DNA of 59,989 nt, from positions 32,868,786 to 32,928,774 of the forward strand of contig NC_057725.1 in assembly GCF_004010195.1 (NCBI RefSeq), read 5' to 3'. The translations under genes were made by a program, and so were the position numbers. Within the stretch, counting starts at the first letter, position 1. Each line of letters begins with the position of its first letter. Of the stretch, positions 1 to 13,120 are shown in pieces. Below the pieces are notes generated by a model that was not told the origin of the DNA, searched no databases, and worked only from the letters and a program-made list of their open reading frames with translations. The stretch comes from Chiloscyllium plagiosum (lineage: Eukaryota).

Positions 1-1865
1 GGTAGTGCAGGAGCATCTACTTCTTATTCGGGTGAAAGAAAAGGCTGGTAGGTGTACGGAATGCTGGATGGCTCGAGAAATTGAGGTTTTCATCAAGAGT
101 AAGAAGGAAGCATGTGTCATCCATAGACAGCAGAGATCTAGTGAATCCCCAGAAAAGTATAAAGGCAGTGGAGTATACTTAAGAGAGAAATCCAGAGGGC
201 AAAGTGGGGACACCAGATAGCTTTGGCAAATAAGGTTAAGGAGAATCCAAATGATTTCTGCAAAACATGAAGGACAAACGAGTAACTAGTGAGAGAATAG
301 GGCCTTGTAAAAATCCGCAAGGCCACCAATAAGTGGAAGCACAGGAGATGGGGGAGATGTGAAATGAATATTTCACTGAGGAGAAGGATATGGAAGGTGG
401 AGCACGAGGTGTATTAAATATTGAAAAATCTTGAAAAATGTCCATATTACAGAGGAGGTGGTGCTGGACATCTTAAAACGCACCAAGGTGGATAAATTCC
501 CAAAGCCTGATCTGGCATACCCTAGAACTCTGTGGGGAAGTGATTGCTGGGCTCCTTGCTGAGATATTTGTATCATCGATAGTCACAGGTGAGGTGCCAG
601 ATGATTGGAGGTTGGCTAATGTGGTGCCACTGTTTAAGAAATGCGGTAAGGAAAAGGCAGAGAATTAGTGAAGGTGTGCCTGACATTAGTGGTGGGCAAA
701 TTGTTGGACGGAATCCTGAGGGATAGGATATACGTGTATTTGGAACTGCAAGGACTGATTAGGGATAGTCACCATGGCTTTATGCGTGGGAAGTGTTGTC
801 TCCCTAACTTGAGACGGTTTTTTGAAGTAACAAAGAGGATGACGGTGGTGAACATAATCTACATGAACTTCAATCAGGCGTTCGACAAGGTTCCCCATGG
901 AAGACTGGTTAGCCAGACTAGATGACATGGAATATAGGGAGAACTAGCCATTTGGATACAGAATTGGCTCAAAGATTGAAGACAGAGGTGTCGGTGGAAG
1001 GGTGCTTTTCAGACTGGAGGCCTGTGACCAGCGGTGTGCCAAAAAGGTTGGTGCTGGGTCCACTCCTTTCCATCACTTATATACATGATTTGGATGTGAA
1101 CATAGGAGGTATGAGTAGTAAGTTTGCAGATGACTCCAAAATTGGAGGTTTAGTGGACAGTAAAGAACGTTACCTCATAGTACAACAGGACAATGATCAA
1201 ATGGGCCGATGGGCTGAGGAGTGGCAGATAGAGTTCAATTTAGATAAATGTGAGGAGCTACATTTTGGAAAGGCAAATCAGGGCAGGATGTATACACTTA
1301 ATGGGAAGGTGCTGAACACACAGACCTTGGAGTCACAGGTTTATAGTTCCTTGAAAGTGGACTCTCAGTAGATAGGATAGTGAAGAAGGAATTTGGTATG
1401 CTTGCCTTTATTGGTCAGTACATTGAGCACAAGAGTTGGGAGGTCATGTTGTGGTTAGGTCACTTTTGGAATACTGTATTCAGTTCTGATCTACCTGCTA
1501 TAGGAAGGATGTTGTGAAACTTGAAAGGGTTCAGAAAATATTTACAAGAATGTTGCCGGGTTTGGAGGGTTTGAGCTACTGGAATAGGCTGAATGGGCTG
1601 GGACTATTTTCCTGAGATTATTGGCAGATGAGATGAGATATAAAATCATGACAGCCATGGATAAAGTGAATAGTCAAAGTCTTTTTCCTGGGCTGGGCGA
1701 GTCCAAAACTAGAGGACATTGGTTTAAGTTGAGACGAGAAAGATTTAAAAGGGACCTACGATGCAACTTTTTCACATAGAGGGTGAGTGTATGAAATTTG
1801 CTGCCAGAGGAGATGGTGGAGGCTGGTACAATTACAATATTTTAAAGACACCTGGATGGGTATAT

Positions 1866-1992
1866 TCCTGAAGAAGGGCTAATGCCCGAAACGTCGATTC
1901 TCCTGTTCCCTGGATGCTGCCTGACCTGCTGCGCTTTTCCAGCAACACATTTCCATCTCTGATCTCCAGCATCTGCAGACCTCACTTTCTCC
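1866..1992 (+). mobile_element. Short Penelope-derived insert (family A) inside CR1
   Basis: 9-bp TSD TGGGTATAT (1857-1865, 1993-2001); begins at a hammerhead core. Confidence 0.85.
1868..1895 (+). ncRNA. Minimal hammerhead ribozyme core
   Basis: CUGAAGA-A-GGGC(UAAU)GCCC-GAAAC-GUC. Confidence 0.7.
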
Positions 1993-2431
1993 TGGGTATA
2001 TGATTAGAAAGGATTGAGAGGGACATGAGCCAAATGATAGCAAATGGGACCAGAATACTTTAGGATATCTAGTCAGCATGGAAAAGTTGGATCAAAGAGT
2101 CTGTTTCCATGCTGTACAGTTCTATAACGCTATGAGTCTAGGTGTGCTGGGCAAGACATTTGGGAGAGACTTGGAATGAGCTGTTGGAAATGCAAATGGG
2201 AAAATGCCATTGAATTTCAACTTGCATTCATCACAGATATTCTTGGAATGATGAAAATCTTGAAGATCTTAAATACCATGCATAAGTAAATTTGAGATAA
2301 TTTTTCTATATAAATTTAGAATAATTTGAACCTGAAGCATCTCCTCCAGAATATCTTTCCATTTAAGTTTTAAATAGAGTCATGTTACTGTACTCCTTTC
2401 CAGTGTCTCCAAATTATACAGTACCATTTTT

Positions 2432-2583
2432 TTAAATTGTCCTGCAATTATTACCACCTTGATTATTTCCACCTTCAGCTTCCTGGTTATGTTCATCTTG
2501 CAACTGACCTTGGGTGATGCGATCAATGACCTGCATTGTCCTGTCCTTATGGCTGTCTTTGCCTGTGCGGATTTCCTGTGTTT
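2432..2583 (-). CDS. Probable terminal exon, cytoplasmic tail of the B7-H6-like gene
   Basis: Acceptor TTACTTTGCATGAATGTAG|AA in non-repetitive DNA. The phase-1 frame is open for 50 hydrophilic residues (ETQEIRTGKDSHKDRTMQVIDRITQGQLQDEHNQEAEGGNNQGGNNCRTI*). No polyA signal was recognised. Confidence 0.55.
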
Positions 2584-2855
2584 CTACATTCATGCAAAGT
2601 AAATAACAGTGTCAACGGTGTAAATCTTAGACTGGAGAAGTACTGTTGGCTAATGTCAAAAGATAATACATGCACTGCTGGCTAAGATACAACCTTGTCA
2701 AACAAATGCAACAACTTACATTTACACACCACCTTACAGCAGTGAAATGAGCGAAGGTACTTTACAAGGGGAAATGGTAATCATCATTTGACACCAAGTA
2801 GTAAATCACATTAGTAAGGCAGATGACCATGAGTAATATGAAATTTGAATATACT

Positions 2856-3213
2856 GATGACCTAAAAATGATGAAGCAGGGTTCTTTATTTGACTATTGT
2901 CAGGTAATTACAAACATGAAAATACATTAAGGACATACAAGGAACTATTTACAGCATTTGCATGGAAGGATGTGCGTGGGATAATGCTGGGCTGAGCAAT
3001 GCTTTCGCCTATCTTCTCCTTTTACCAAAGACCCCTTGTCTTTTCTTCCCCAGTGAGACTCCATTTAACTGCTCCACCTCATGTCCCTCACTGTCATGAC
3101 CTGCTGGTGGAACATTTCACAACAAACTGCTCAGTTCCGTTGGTCAGTGCTCTCCATCACCTGCTGCTAGAGGGTCCAACTGATGGGCAAACTGACCACT
3201 GCACCATGGTACA
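2856..3213 (-). mobile_element. Possible short solo LTR
   Basis: TG...CA ends and AATAAA on the minus strand near 2886; no clear TSD. Confidence 0.3.
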
Positions 3214-3229
3214 AGAGGCTACACAAGTA

Positions 3230-4625
3230 GGGGGAGCAAGAAGAAGTGATAATAGTAGTGTATTGTATAATAAGAGATACACATAGCATCCATTGTCAGC
3301 AAGATGCAAAGTTGTGCTTGGTGCGTTGCCTGCCTGGTGCCAAGGTAAGAGACATATTCAAGAAGCTTGAAAGGATATTGGAATGAAACAAGAAGGATCC
3401 AGTTGTTGTAGTCCATGTTGAGACCAACATAGGCAACATGGGGAATATCAGGAATTTGGAGCAAATTAAAGAACTATATCTCAATCATTACAATTTCTGA
3501 ATTATTAATTGAGCCACATCCGAATTGACATAGTCATAAGAAAATTATGGAAGTAAACACATGGTTATAGGAGTGATACAGGAAAGAGGGATTTCATTAT
3601 GTGAGGCACTGGCCTCATATTGGGACAAGAAGGACCTGTAATACTGGGATAAGGTGCACCTGAACTGACCTGGGTCCAATGTCTTATCTGAAAGGCTAAA
3701 TAGGGTAGTGACGGGTACTTTAAAATAGTCAATGTGGTGGAGTTGGGGAGTGGGTAATGTTGCTTGGAGGATGTCATTACAGTTTATAATTCAAGGAACA
3801 TGACAGATTGCCAAGAACCTCAGGAATCCTAATTCAGGCATGAGAGCGAATGGCAAAATTTTAAGGCGTTTCTTCATTAAACTTCATCAGACTGAAATAA
3901 TAAACAGATGACTTAAGCATCAGCGCTGAGGGACAGGTTATAGTGTTTGGTCCAAATCAGAGTTCATTACATGAATACACTGAGAATAAGGAATAAATTA
4001 AACAAGCTGCAGGCACAGATACAAACTGTAGATATGATGTAATGGTCATGACTGAGACATGGCTGTGTGATGGTCAGGACTGGGAATTAAATATTCCGGG
4101 TTATAAGGTTACAGAACAGACAGAAAAATGACAGAGGCCTTGGAGGAGCCTTACTGATTAGAAGCAAAATTCCTTCAAATGGGAAGGGAGTATATAGTGA
4201 GGGAAAGTATTCAGTGGAGACAGTGTTTGGAATGATGAAGCAGGGTTCTTTATTTGACTATTGTCAGGTAATTACAAACACATTAAGGACATACAAAGAA
4301 CTATTTACAGTAAATAATCTAAAATAAATGCTGTGTCCAGACCCCCTGGTAGCAGCTCCAAAGTGCTGATATTAGACAAGTGTGTAGCAAAGCCAGAGCA
4401 TAATTAATGGGGATTCTAACTTTAACTTGGATTGTCAGAAAGATAGTGAATGTTTGGAAACTGACTGAGATTTCCTACAGTGATATATCCTGGATGCAAC
4501 TCTGGATTTAGTGACGAGTAATGAGCTAGATTTAATTAGTAACATAATTGTGCATGAACATTTCTCAAATAATGATCATAATATGATCAAGTTCAATGTA
4601 GTGTTTGAAAGTGAAAAGCATAAAT
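3230..4625 (+). mobile_element. Old CR1 5' portion (ORF1 esterase-like and AP-endonuclease remnants)
   Basis: CLPGAKVRD...VVVHV-TN (esterase-like); YDVMVMTETWL and DHNMIKF (APE-like). Confidence 0.6.
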
Positions 4626-6333
4626 CATGAATGTAAACTGGATTTGAGTTCTCAGTGTTGTGAGGAGACCTGACCTGCTTTTCAAAATAATGATCAGATT
4701 TCCATTTGAAAGAAATGATAGCCTTCCCAAGAAGTCACTGGATCTGCTGTGCTTTTCCAGCACCACACTCTCGAATCTGACCTCCAGCATCTGCAGTCCT
4801 CTCTTTCTCCTAATTAGCCATGAGATAAGGTCTTCTTATTGTTATCTAGAGTTTTTATGTACCACAGCGAGACAGATGACTGGACACAAGCAGTTTGAGT
4901 CTATAAGAATAGACCCATTCCAGCAGAACAGTTTTTTTTTGTCTATGAATACATTCAGGCCATCAGAACTGGAAAGGAATCTTAAGCTATTTTCATAGCC
5001 ACAAGTTGTGAAGTCAGAGTACAGTCAGTTAGCCTGTCCCTGTGTCTTGGGGAAGGATGGAGTGAATGACATTCAGTAAATAAGCACAAAGACACCAAAA
5101 GCCTTCAGTGGCAACTTTGTCAGTTCAGCTTGAAGTTTTAAAGGGAATGTAGAAGTGATACTTCCCTGGAGCTCAATGTCTGTAAAGGATATTGCTCAGA
5201 GAAGGGTTGCGTATTTCTTTTAGCTATTTTTGAGGTTCTTAAAACAAAGTTAAAAGCCTGGTTTTATTTTCCTTTCGCTAAACTTAACTTCCATTCTTTT
5301 GTTGAAAGCACATGAGCAGTCTCAAGTGAATATGTTCAGTGCCTGGCCAACGCAGTACCCAAAATGGAAAAATAAACCTTATGGTCTACCAAGTTAGGTT
5401 TCACTCTGGAACCTGAGTTGTCCAGTATTAACAACAGCTGGGATCATAACGAAGTGGGAAGTCTTAGCAGGATAGAAATCTGTGAAACTTAACAGAGATT
5501 TGTGAATCTTTAAAGAGACAAGTAAATGGAGATACTGGTCATAAAATCGAAGTTGCTGTGAAATTTGTTACACAGATTGTAATTTGAAAATGGCTTTGGC
5601 TGGTGCTGATTTTTTTTTCTGGAAGTAGAAAGTATCACAGTGGATTCTTGGATTGTTAACTAAGACTGCACTGAAAGAGTTAGAACATAATTTGAAGTTT
5701 GAAATTAAAAGAGGAAATTCAAATAAAGAGATGCTTAGAGGGATTATCCACCAATTCCAATTGAGATGACACCACCAGAATCAACTAAGATTGAGATAGA
5801 AATGGAAAAAAGCTTGATTTGGAGAGACGTGAAGAAATGAGAAGCTTTGAGAGAGAGGAAAAGAGAGAAAAGCAAAATAAAAATTTACAATGGAAGAAAT
5901 ACAGAAGAAATGAGCATTGAAAGAGAAATGGAAGTTGAAAATCTTGAAATGGAGAGAAGTAAAAAAACAAAGCCACATTTGCTGACACTGATGCATACAC
6001 ATTTTAAATCGTATGTACGCAAATTCAGAGAGTGCACTGAAGGGTAACAGTGAAGGATATGGCCTCCCAGCACTTGGGCCACTCTTGTACTACTCTCTCC
6101 CAGATCCTGGGCTCTCCTTGTTGTCCACTGCCCTCAAGCTGATTCTATGCTAATTCCCTTCTTACTTTGGAGGCCCCTCTAGCACTACTGAGCCCCTGTT
6201 CAAAATTGCGCATGCTTCCTTGTGCACACATGGAACTGCATTTATTGTTCATATCATACCTAAAGTTTACGTGATGATGTAAGAAGTGGGAACGATGCGT
6301 TCCTGAATGAGCACACATGCATAGTTAGGTGCA

Positions 6334-6474
6334 CAAAGTTAAAAATCACACAACACCAGGCTATAGTCCAACAGGTTTAATTGGAAGCACACTAGCTTTC
6401 GGAGCGACGCTCCTTCATCAGGTGATTGTGTTTTTAACTTTGTACACCCCAGTCCAACACCGGCATCTCCGAAT
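6334..6474. mobile_element. Short Penelope-derived insert (family B)
   Basis: 14-bp TSD CATAGTTAGGTGCA (6320-6333, 6475-6488). Confidence 0.85.
6393..6421 (-). ncRNA. Minimal hammerhead ribozyme core
   Basis: CAC-CUGAUGA-A-GGAGC(GUC)GCUCC-GAAAGC-UA-GUG; stem I is CAC/GUG. Confidence 0.75.
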
Positions 6475-6724
6475 CATAGTTAGGTGCAGTTGCCAGTGAC
6501 AGCAAGTACTGCCAAAAAACAAAGAGAAATGGAATTTGAATTACAACAGCTTGAACTCCAAAGTGAAAAAGAAACCAGCTGACATGACTTGGCCAAAGAA
6601 ATGTTGAAGATAAAGGAAGAAAGATTTGGTTGCCACTCAGAGGATTATTTTGATCTCAATGAGTGATTTGACTCAATTAGAAATCTCCATTTAGTGCCTG
6701 AATTTACAGAGAATGGTCTTGAAA

Positions 6725-6933
6725 CATTTGGAGGTGGCGGTGTTGGACTGGGGTGTACAAAGTTAAAAATCACACAACACCAGATTATAGTCCAACAGGT
6801 TTAATTGGTAGCACTAGCTTTTGGAGCGCCGCTCATTCATCAACCACCTAATGACGGAGCAGCGCTCCGAAAGCTAGTACTTCCAATTAAACCTGTTGGA
6901 CTAAGACCTGGTGTTGTGTGATTTTTAACTTTA
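6725..6933. mobile_element. Palindromic Penelope-derived insert (family B)
   Basis: Inverted arms at about 6759-6840 and 6850-6932; TSD GTCTTGAAA (6716-6724, 6934-6942). Confidence 0.8.
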
Positions 6934-9900
6934 GTCTTGAAAGAGACATCATCTGTATGAAAGGGTAGCTGTGAAGATGAAGTGGCCAAAAGATAATTGG
7001 ACCTTAATGTTACAGGGTTTCCTGAGAATACAGCTATGAATAAACACAGCAGTCTACAGGTTATGAAGGTGTTAAAGGTGGAACTGTCGATGTTTACTGG
7101 CTTGTGCCTGAAGTCTATGCATTAGAATTTAAGGAAGAAACTGAATTCAAAAATGAAATGTTGCAAGATCAGTGGTTTTAATCACTGAAGTTAGAGAAAG
7201 ACTTTGAGAACCTGATGGAATTCATGCAAGAATTCCAAAATAGCAATCCAGTAACTCTCAAGATTTATTTAGATCACAGTAAAGTATCAGGAATACAAGA
7301 AGGTACAGTTCTTGTCTATGGTAACTCCCACAGACAATTAAAATTGGGTAAATGGTCGTCTTGTATTCAACAAAGAAACTGGAGGCGTAAAAAATTAGGA
7401 AATTGATAAGGTATTCGTTTTAGGGAATAAAAAGGATACCAAAAGAGAATGGCAAATAACTAGAAGCTAAAAGCGAAATGAAGCAATACACCCTAGAGTT
7501 CTGAAGGAGATAGTTGAGACGATAGTAGAGGCATTGCTGGTGATCTTTCAGGAATCACTGCAGTCAGAGGAGGCCCTAGAAGACTGGAAAATGACTAATA
7601 TAACACCCCTGTTAAAGAGGAGGGAGGCAGAAGGCAAGAGATTATAGACTGGTCAGCCTGACCTCTGTCATTGATAAGATTTGCGAGTCCATTAATAAGG
7701 ATGACATTGCGGAGTACATAGAAGTGCACTGTAATAATATGGCTTAGTCAGCACATGCTTTGTCAAAGGGAGGTCATGCCTGACAAAGATGTTAGAATTC
7801 TTTGATGAGGTAATGAGTAAGTTAGGCAAAGGAGAGCCAGTGGACGTGATCTATTTAGATTTCTTTAAGGCCTTTGACAAGGTGCCATACAGGAGGCTGC
7901 TAAATAAAATAAGAGCCTACAGGGCTAGGGGCTAGGGTTACTGGCATAAATAGAGGATTGGTTGACTGGTAGGAGACAGAGAGTTGGGATAAAGGGGTCT
8001 TTTTTTAGGATAGGAGCCAGTGACAAGTGGAGTTCCTCAGGGATTAGTGTTGGGACCACAACTTTTCATGATTCACCATTCATCATGGTCATAGCTGATC
8101 ATCCAACTTAATAGCCTAATCCTGCTTTCTTCCCTTAACCTTTGATCCCATTCACCCCAAGTGTTATATCTAGTTGGCTACTGAATACATTCAATGTTTT
8201 GGCATCAACTACTTCCTCTGGTAATGAATTCCACAGGCTCATCACTCCAGCGAAAACAATCCTAACCTGGTCATTCTATTCTCATACATCAGTCCCTCCG
8301 TCCCCAGAATCAGCCTGGTAAACCTTTGCTGTAATCCCTTCAGAGCAAGAGCATCCTCCCTCAGCAAAGGATACCAAAACTGCATACAATATTCTAGGTG
8401 TGGTCTCATCAAGGCCCTGTATAACAGCAACAACACATCCCTATTCCTGTACTCAAAACCTCTCGCAATGAAGGCCAACATACCATTTGCCTTCTCTACC
8501 ATCTGCCTTCTCATCTTTAGCAACTGGTGCACAAGGACACCCAGGTCCCGCTGCACACTCCCCTTTCCCAACTCTGCCTTCTTGATTTTGCTTCCAAAGT
8601 GAATAACCTCACATTATACAGCATTTGCCATTGATATGCCCACTTACCCAACCTGTCCTTTAAACATTTCCCCTCTTACTTTAAATCGATACACCCTAGT
8701 ATTTGACATTTTCATCCTGGAAAAAGATTTTGATTATCTACCCTATCCATGCTTCTCAATTTTATATACTTTTATTAGGCTGCTCCTCAGCCTCTGGCGC
8801 TCTAGCAAAAACAATCCAACTTTGTCCAGACTTTCCTTATCGCCAACACAGTGCAATCCAGGCATCATTCTAGTAAACCTCTTTTGCATCCCCTCAAAAG
8901 CCTCCACGACCTTCCTACAGTGTGGCGACCAGAACTACACACAATACTCCAAATGTGACTTAACTAAAATTTTATACAGCTGCAACTTAACTTGTCAACT
9001 TTTATACTCAGTGCCCTGATTGATGAAGGCAAGAATGCCATACGCCTTCTTTAGCACTTTATCCACTTCCAGTGCCATTTTCAGGGAACATGGACTTGCA
9101 CCCCAAGATTCCTCTGTATATTAATGCTCCTAAGTGTGCAGCCATTAACAGTACAGTTTGCTCTTGTACTTCACTTCCCAAAATGCATCACTTCACACTT
9201 GTCCAGATTAAACTCTATCTGCCATTTCTTCACCCAACATTTCAACCTTGAAAGTGGAGTCATAGGCAGTTAGGATAGTGAAGAAGGTGTTTGGTATTCT
9301 TGCCTTTATTCGTCAGTGCATTGAGTATAGGCATTGGGAGGTCATGTTGCCACTGTACTCGACATTGGTGAGGCCACTATTGGACTTCAGGTACAGGAAG
9401 GTTGTTGTGAAAATTAAAAGGGTTAAGTAAAGATTTGCAAGGATGTGGCCAGGGTTGGAGGGTTTGAGCTGTAGGGATATGCTGAATAGATTGGGGGCAA
9501 TTTTACTTGGAGCTTCAGAGGCTGAGGGGTGACCTTATTGAGGCTTATATAATTATGAGAAGCATGGATAGGGTAAATAGGGTTTTTTCTCCAGGGTGGG
9601 CGAGTCAAAAGATAGAGAGCATAGGTTTAACCTGAAAGGGAAAAGATTTAAAAGGGATCTAAAGGGCAATGTTTTCACACAGAGGGTGGTACGTGTATGG
9701 AATGAGCTGCCAGAGGAAGTGGTGGAGGCTGGTAGAATTGCAACATTTAAAAGGCATCTGGATGGGTATACGAATAGGAAGCGTTTAGAGGGATATGGGC
9801 CAAATACTGACAAATAGGACCAGATTTATTTCGGATATCTGGTTGGCATGGACAAGATGGACCGAAAGGTCTGTTTCCTTGATGTATGTCTCTATGACTC

Positions 9901-11153
9901 TATGATCTATATCTTTCTGCATCCTTTCACAATTTTCCTCACTATTCACAACTGTCGTCTGCACACCTATCACCTACATTTTCATCCAAATAGTTTAGAT
10001 ATATTACAAACAATAGAGGTCCGTGTACTGATATTTGCAGAACACCACTGATCACAGAGCTCCAAGAGAAAATTACCCTGCCATAACTATACAACTTTGT
10101 ATCCAAATTATAAACTCGCCATGGATGTCATACAACTAACCTTCTGGATCAACCTACCATGAGGAACATTGTCAAATGCTTTAGTAAAATGCATGTAGAT
10201 AACATTCTCTGCCCTTCCCTCATCAACAGTTTTTGTTACTTCCTCAAAAATCTCTAAAATTTGTGAGACAAAACCTCCCTGCATTAAAACATGCTGGTTA
10301 TCCCGAGAAAGTTCATTCTTCTCCAAATGCAAGTAAATCCTGCTCCTAAGATTATTTTCCAATAATTTTCCAACCCCTAATGTAAAGTTTACTGGCCTAT
10401 AATTTCCTGGATTATCCCTGTTGACATTCTTCAAGAAAGGAACAACACTGGCTTTTGTTCTGTCATCTGGGACCTCACCTGTGGCTAAAGAGGACACAAA
10501 TATCTTTGTCAAGACTCCAGCAATTTCCTCCCTTTCCTGCTTCAGTATCCTGGGATAGATCCATCAGGCCCTGAGAACTTACCTACTTTAATGTTTTTCC
10601 AACATTGCCTCGTCCTTAATATCAACATGCCCAGAGTATCACCAAACCCCCTCTCCAATCTCACCATTATCCATGTTCACCTTCTTGGTGAATAACAATG
10701 CAATATACTTAACTACTTCCTCTGTCTCTATACATAATTTCCTTCCTTAGTCCAAGAGCAGATCACCCCTTTCCCTCATTACCTGCTTGCTCCTAATATA
10801 CATATAAAATGCCTAGGGATTCTCCTTAAACTAACTTGACAAAGACACTTCATGGCACCTCTAACCCTCCTCATTTCTTTTTTATATTCTTTCCTGTTTC
10901 CTTTCTACTCCTCAAGAGCTATGTTTGATTTCAGCTTCCTAAACCTTCCTATGCCTCATTTTTTGATGAACCCTTCAATATCTGTTGTCATCTAATGTTT
11001 CTGAAGCTAGTCATCCTTATTTTTCAACCTCACAAGAACATACCCATCCTGAACTCTAATCAACTGGCCTTTATCCTAAATGTCAAATGTGGATTTACCT
11101 TCAAACAGCCACCCCCAATCTAATTTCTCTACTGCCTGCCTAATATTGTTATA

Positions 11154-11359
11154 GCTGGAAATGTGTTGCTGGAAAAGCGCAGCAGGTCAGGCAGCATCCA
11201 GGGAACAGGAGAATCGACGTTTCGGGCATAAGCCCTTCTTCAGGCTTATGCCCGAAACGTTGATTCTCCTGTTCCCTGGATGCTGCCTGACCTGCTGCGC
11301 TTTTCCAGCAACACATTTCCAGCTCTGATCTCCAGCATCTGCAGACCTCACTTTCTCCT
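11154..11359. mobile_element. Palindromic Penelope-derived insert (family A) inside CR1
   Basis: 14-bp TSD CTAATATTGTTATA (11140-11153, 11360-11373); near-perfect inverted arms of about 80 bp. Confidence 0.88.
11216..11243 (-). ncRNA. Minimal hammerhead ribozyme core
   Basis: CUGAAGA-A-GGGC(UUAU)GCCC-GAAAC-GUC. Confidence 0.7.
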
Positions 11360-12878
11360 CTAATATTGTTATAATCAGCCTTATCCCAATTTAGCCGTTT
11401 CACCTGAGGACCAGTCTTATCCTTATCCATAATTATCTTTAAAATTTATAGAATTATGATTGTCATTCCCAAAATGCTCCTCATTTAAACTCTGATCATC
11501 TGGCCAGTCTCATTCCCCAATACAAGGTCTAGTACAGTCCCTTCCCTAGTTGGATTATCTATATATTGTTTCAAGAAATCCACATGGAAGCACCGAACAA
11601 ATTCTGTCCCATCTAAGCCCCTGGCACTAAGACATTCCCAGTCAATATTGGGGATGTTAAAATCATCCACTACAATCCTCTATTGCTCTTACATCATTCA
11701 ATGATCTGCTTACATATCTGTTCCACGACCTTCCACTGGCTATTTGGAAATTGATGGCATAACTCCATCATAGTGATTGTACTTTTCTTATTCCTGGCCT
11801 TGCCCGATGAGCCCTCCAAGACATCCTATCTTAGTCCAGCTGACATTCTCCATAATCAGTGACAGAACTCCCCCCCGATCCCTTTCACATTCCTCTTTAT
11901 CTCACCTAAAACATCTAAACACCGGAACATGGAGCTGGCGGTCATTCCCTTTTCTCAACCAAGTTTCTGTAATGGCTACCACATCATAGTCCCATGTTCT
12001 AATCCAGGCTTTAAACTCATTTGCCTTACCTATTATACTCCTTGCATTAATATAAATACACTTCAAACCACTTGTCCCACTGTGTTCGTTATCCTGGCCC
12101 AGCTTGCTCTTCCTATTAGACTACTTGACTTAATAGTGGTCTTTTCCTCAAACACACCACACGGATTCGGAAAAGATTGACAAGGATGTTGCCAAGGTTG
12201 GAGGATTTGAGATATAGGTAGAGGTTGAATAGGCTGGGGCTGTTTTGCCTGGACCATCAGAGGCTGAAGGGTGACCTTATAGAAGTTTATAAAATCATGA
12301 AGGGCATGGATAGGATAAATAGACAAAATATTTTTCCTGAGATGGGGAGTCCAGAACTAGATGGCCTAGGTTTAGGGTGAGAGGGGAAAGATATAAAAGA
12401 AACCCAAGGGGCAACTTTTTCATGCAGAAGGTGGTATGGAATGAGCTGCCAGAGGAAGTGGTGGAGGTTGGTACAAATACAAGATTTAAAAGGCATCTGG
12501 ATGGGTATACGAATAGGAAGAGTTTAGGGGGATATGGGCCAATACTGAAGGTGTGAGATAGAGTGAATACAGAAAAATTGTCTTTGGTTGATTAACAAAG
12601 GGTACCAATGTAAAGTGATAGGCCAGAGATGATATTAGGAACCATTTTTTCCCCATAGTGAATAGTTAGGATTTGGAGTGGACCACCTTAGAGGCTGGTG
12701 GGTATGGCTTCAATCCTGGCTTTCTGAAGGGAATTGAATTGGAACATTAGTGTCAGGGGTATGGAGAAATAGCTCCGTGGTGAGACTAACTGGATTGCTG
12801 TTTGAAAGACTGCCAGAGACCTGAACACTAGAATGGCCTCCAAATCTGCTGTAGCATTCTACGTTTCTATTAAGCTAA

Positions 12879-12964
12879 TTAGAGGGAAACCAATTTATGC
12901 AGAACATCACTGAAGCTTTGAAGCAACCACTTCTTTGTTAAATCCCATACTAGTGTAGAACTTT
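12879..12964 (-). CDS. Alternative candidate terminal exon (ESSTLVWDLTKKWLLQSFSDVLHKLVSL*)
   Basis: Good acceptor TCCTTTTTTGTGCAG|AA; the phase-1 frame is open for 28 residues to TAA. It sits in a small unique island between CR1 fragments and could be chance. Confidence 0.25.
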
Positions 12965-13120
12965 CTGCACAAAAAAGGACATTTGACCCAACATTATAGA
13001 GGTTTATTAAATCATGAGAGGCATGGATAGGGTAAATAGACAAGGTCTTTTCCTTGGGGTGGGGGAGTCCAGAACTAGAGAGCATAGGTTTAGGGTGTGA
13101 GGAGAAAGATTTAAAAGGGA

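Larger units (their letters stand above)
1..2140 (+). mobile_element. CR1 LINE ORF2 and 3' UTR, decayed
   Basis: [23 protein letters not shown] and WQIEFNLDKC motifs; tail repeat. Confidence 0.92.
4838..7410 (+). mobile_element. Decayed Gypsy-type LTR retrotransposon (LTR about 4838-5450, gag remnants)
   Basis: E/K-rich coiled coil, then LVPEFTE...RVAVKMKWPKDNWTLMLQ gag-like motif; interrupted by PLE inserts. Confidence 0.55.

Noticed and set aside
5781-6082. Phe-rich membrane protein ORFs
   Set aside because: Reverse complement of a purine-rich E/K coiled-coil region of a decayed gag.
6334-6933. CRISPR-like or TIR-MITE interpretation of the short repeats
   Set aside because: Eukaryotic context with no regular repeat-spacer period; the long variable TSDs and identity to Penelope pseudo-LTRs explain them.
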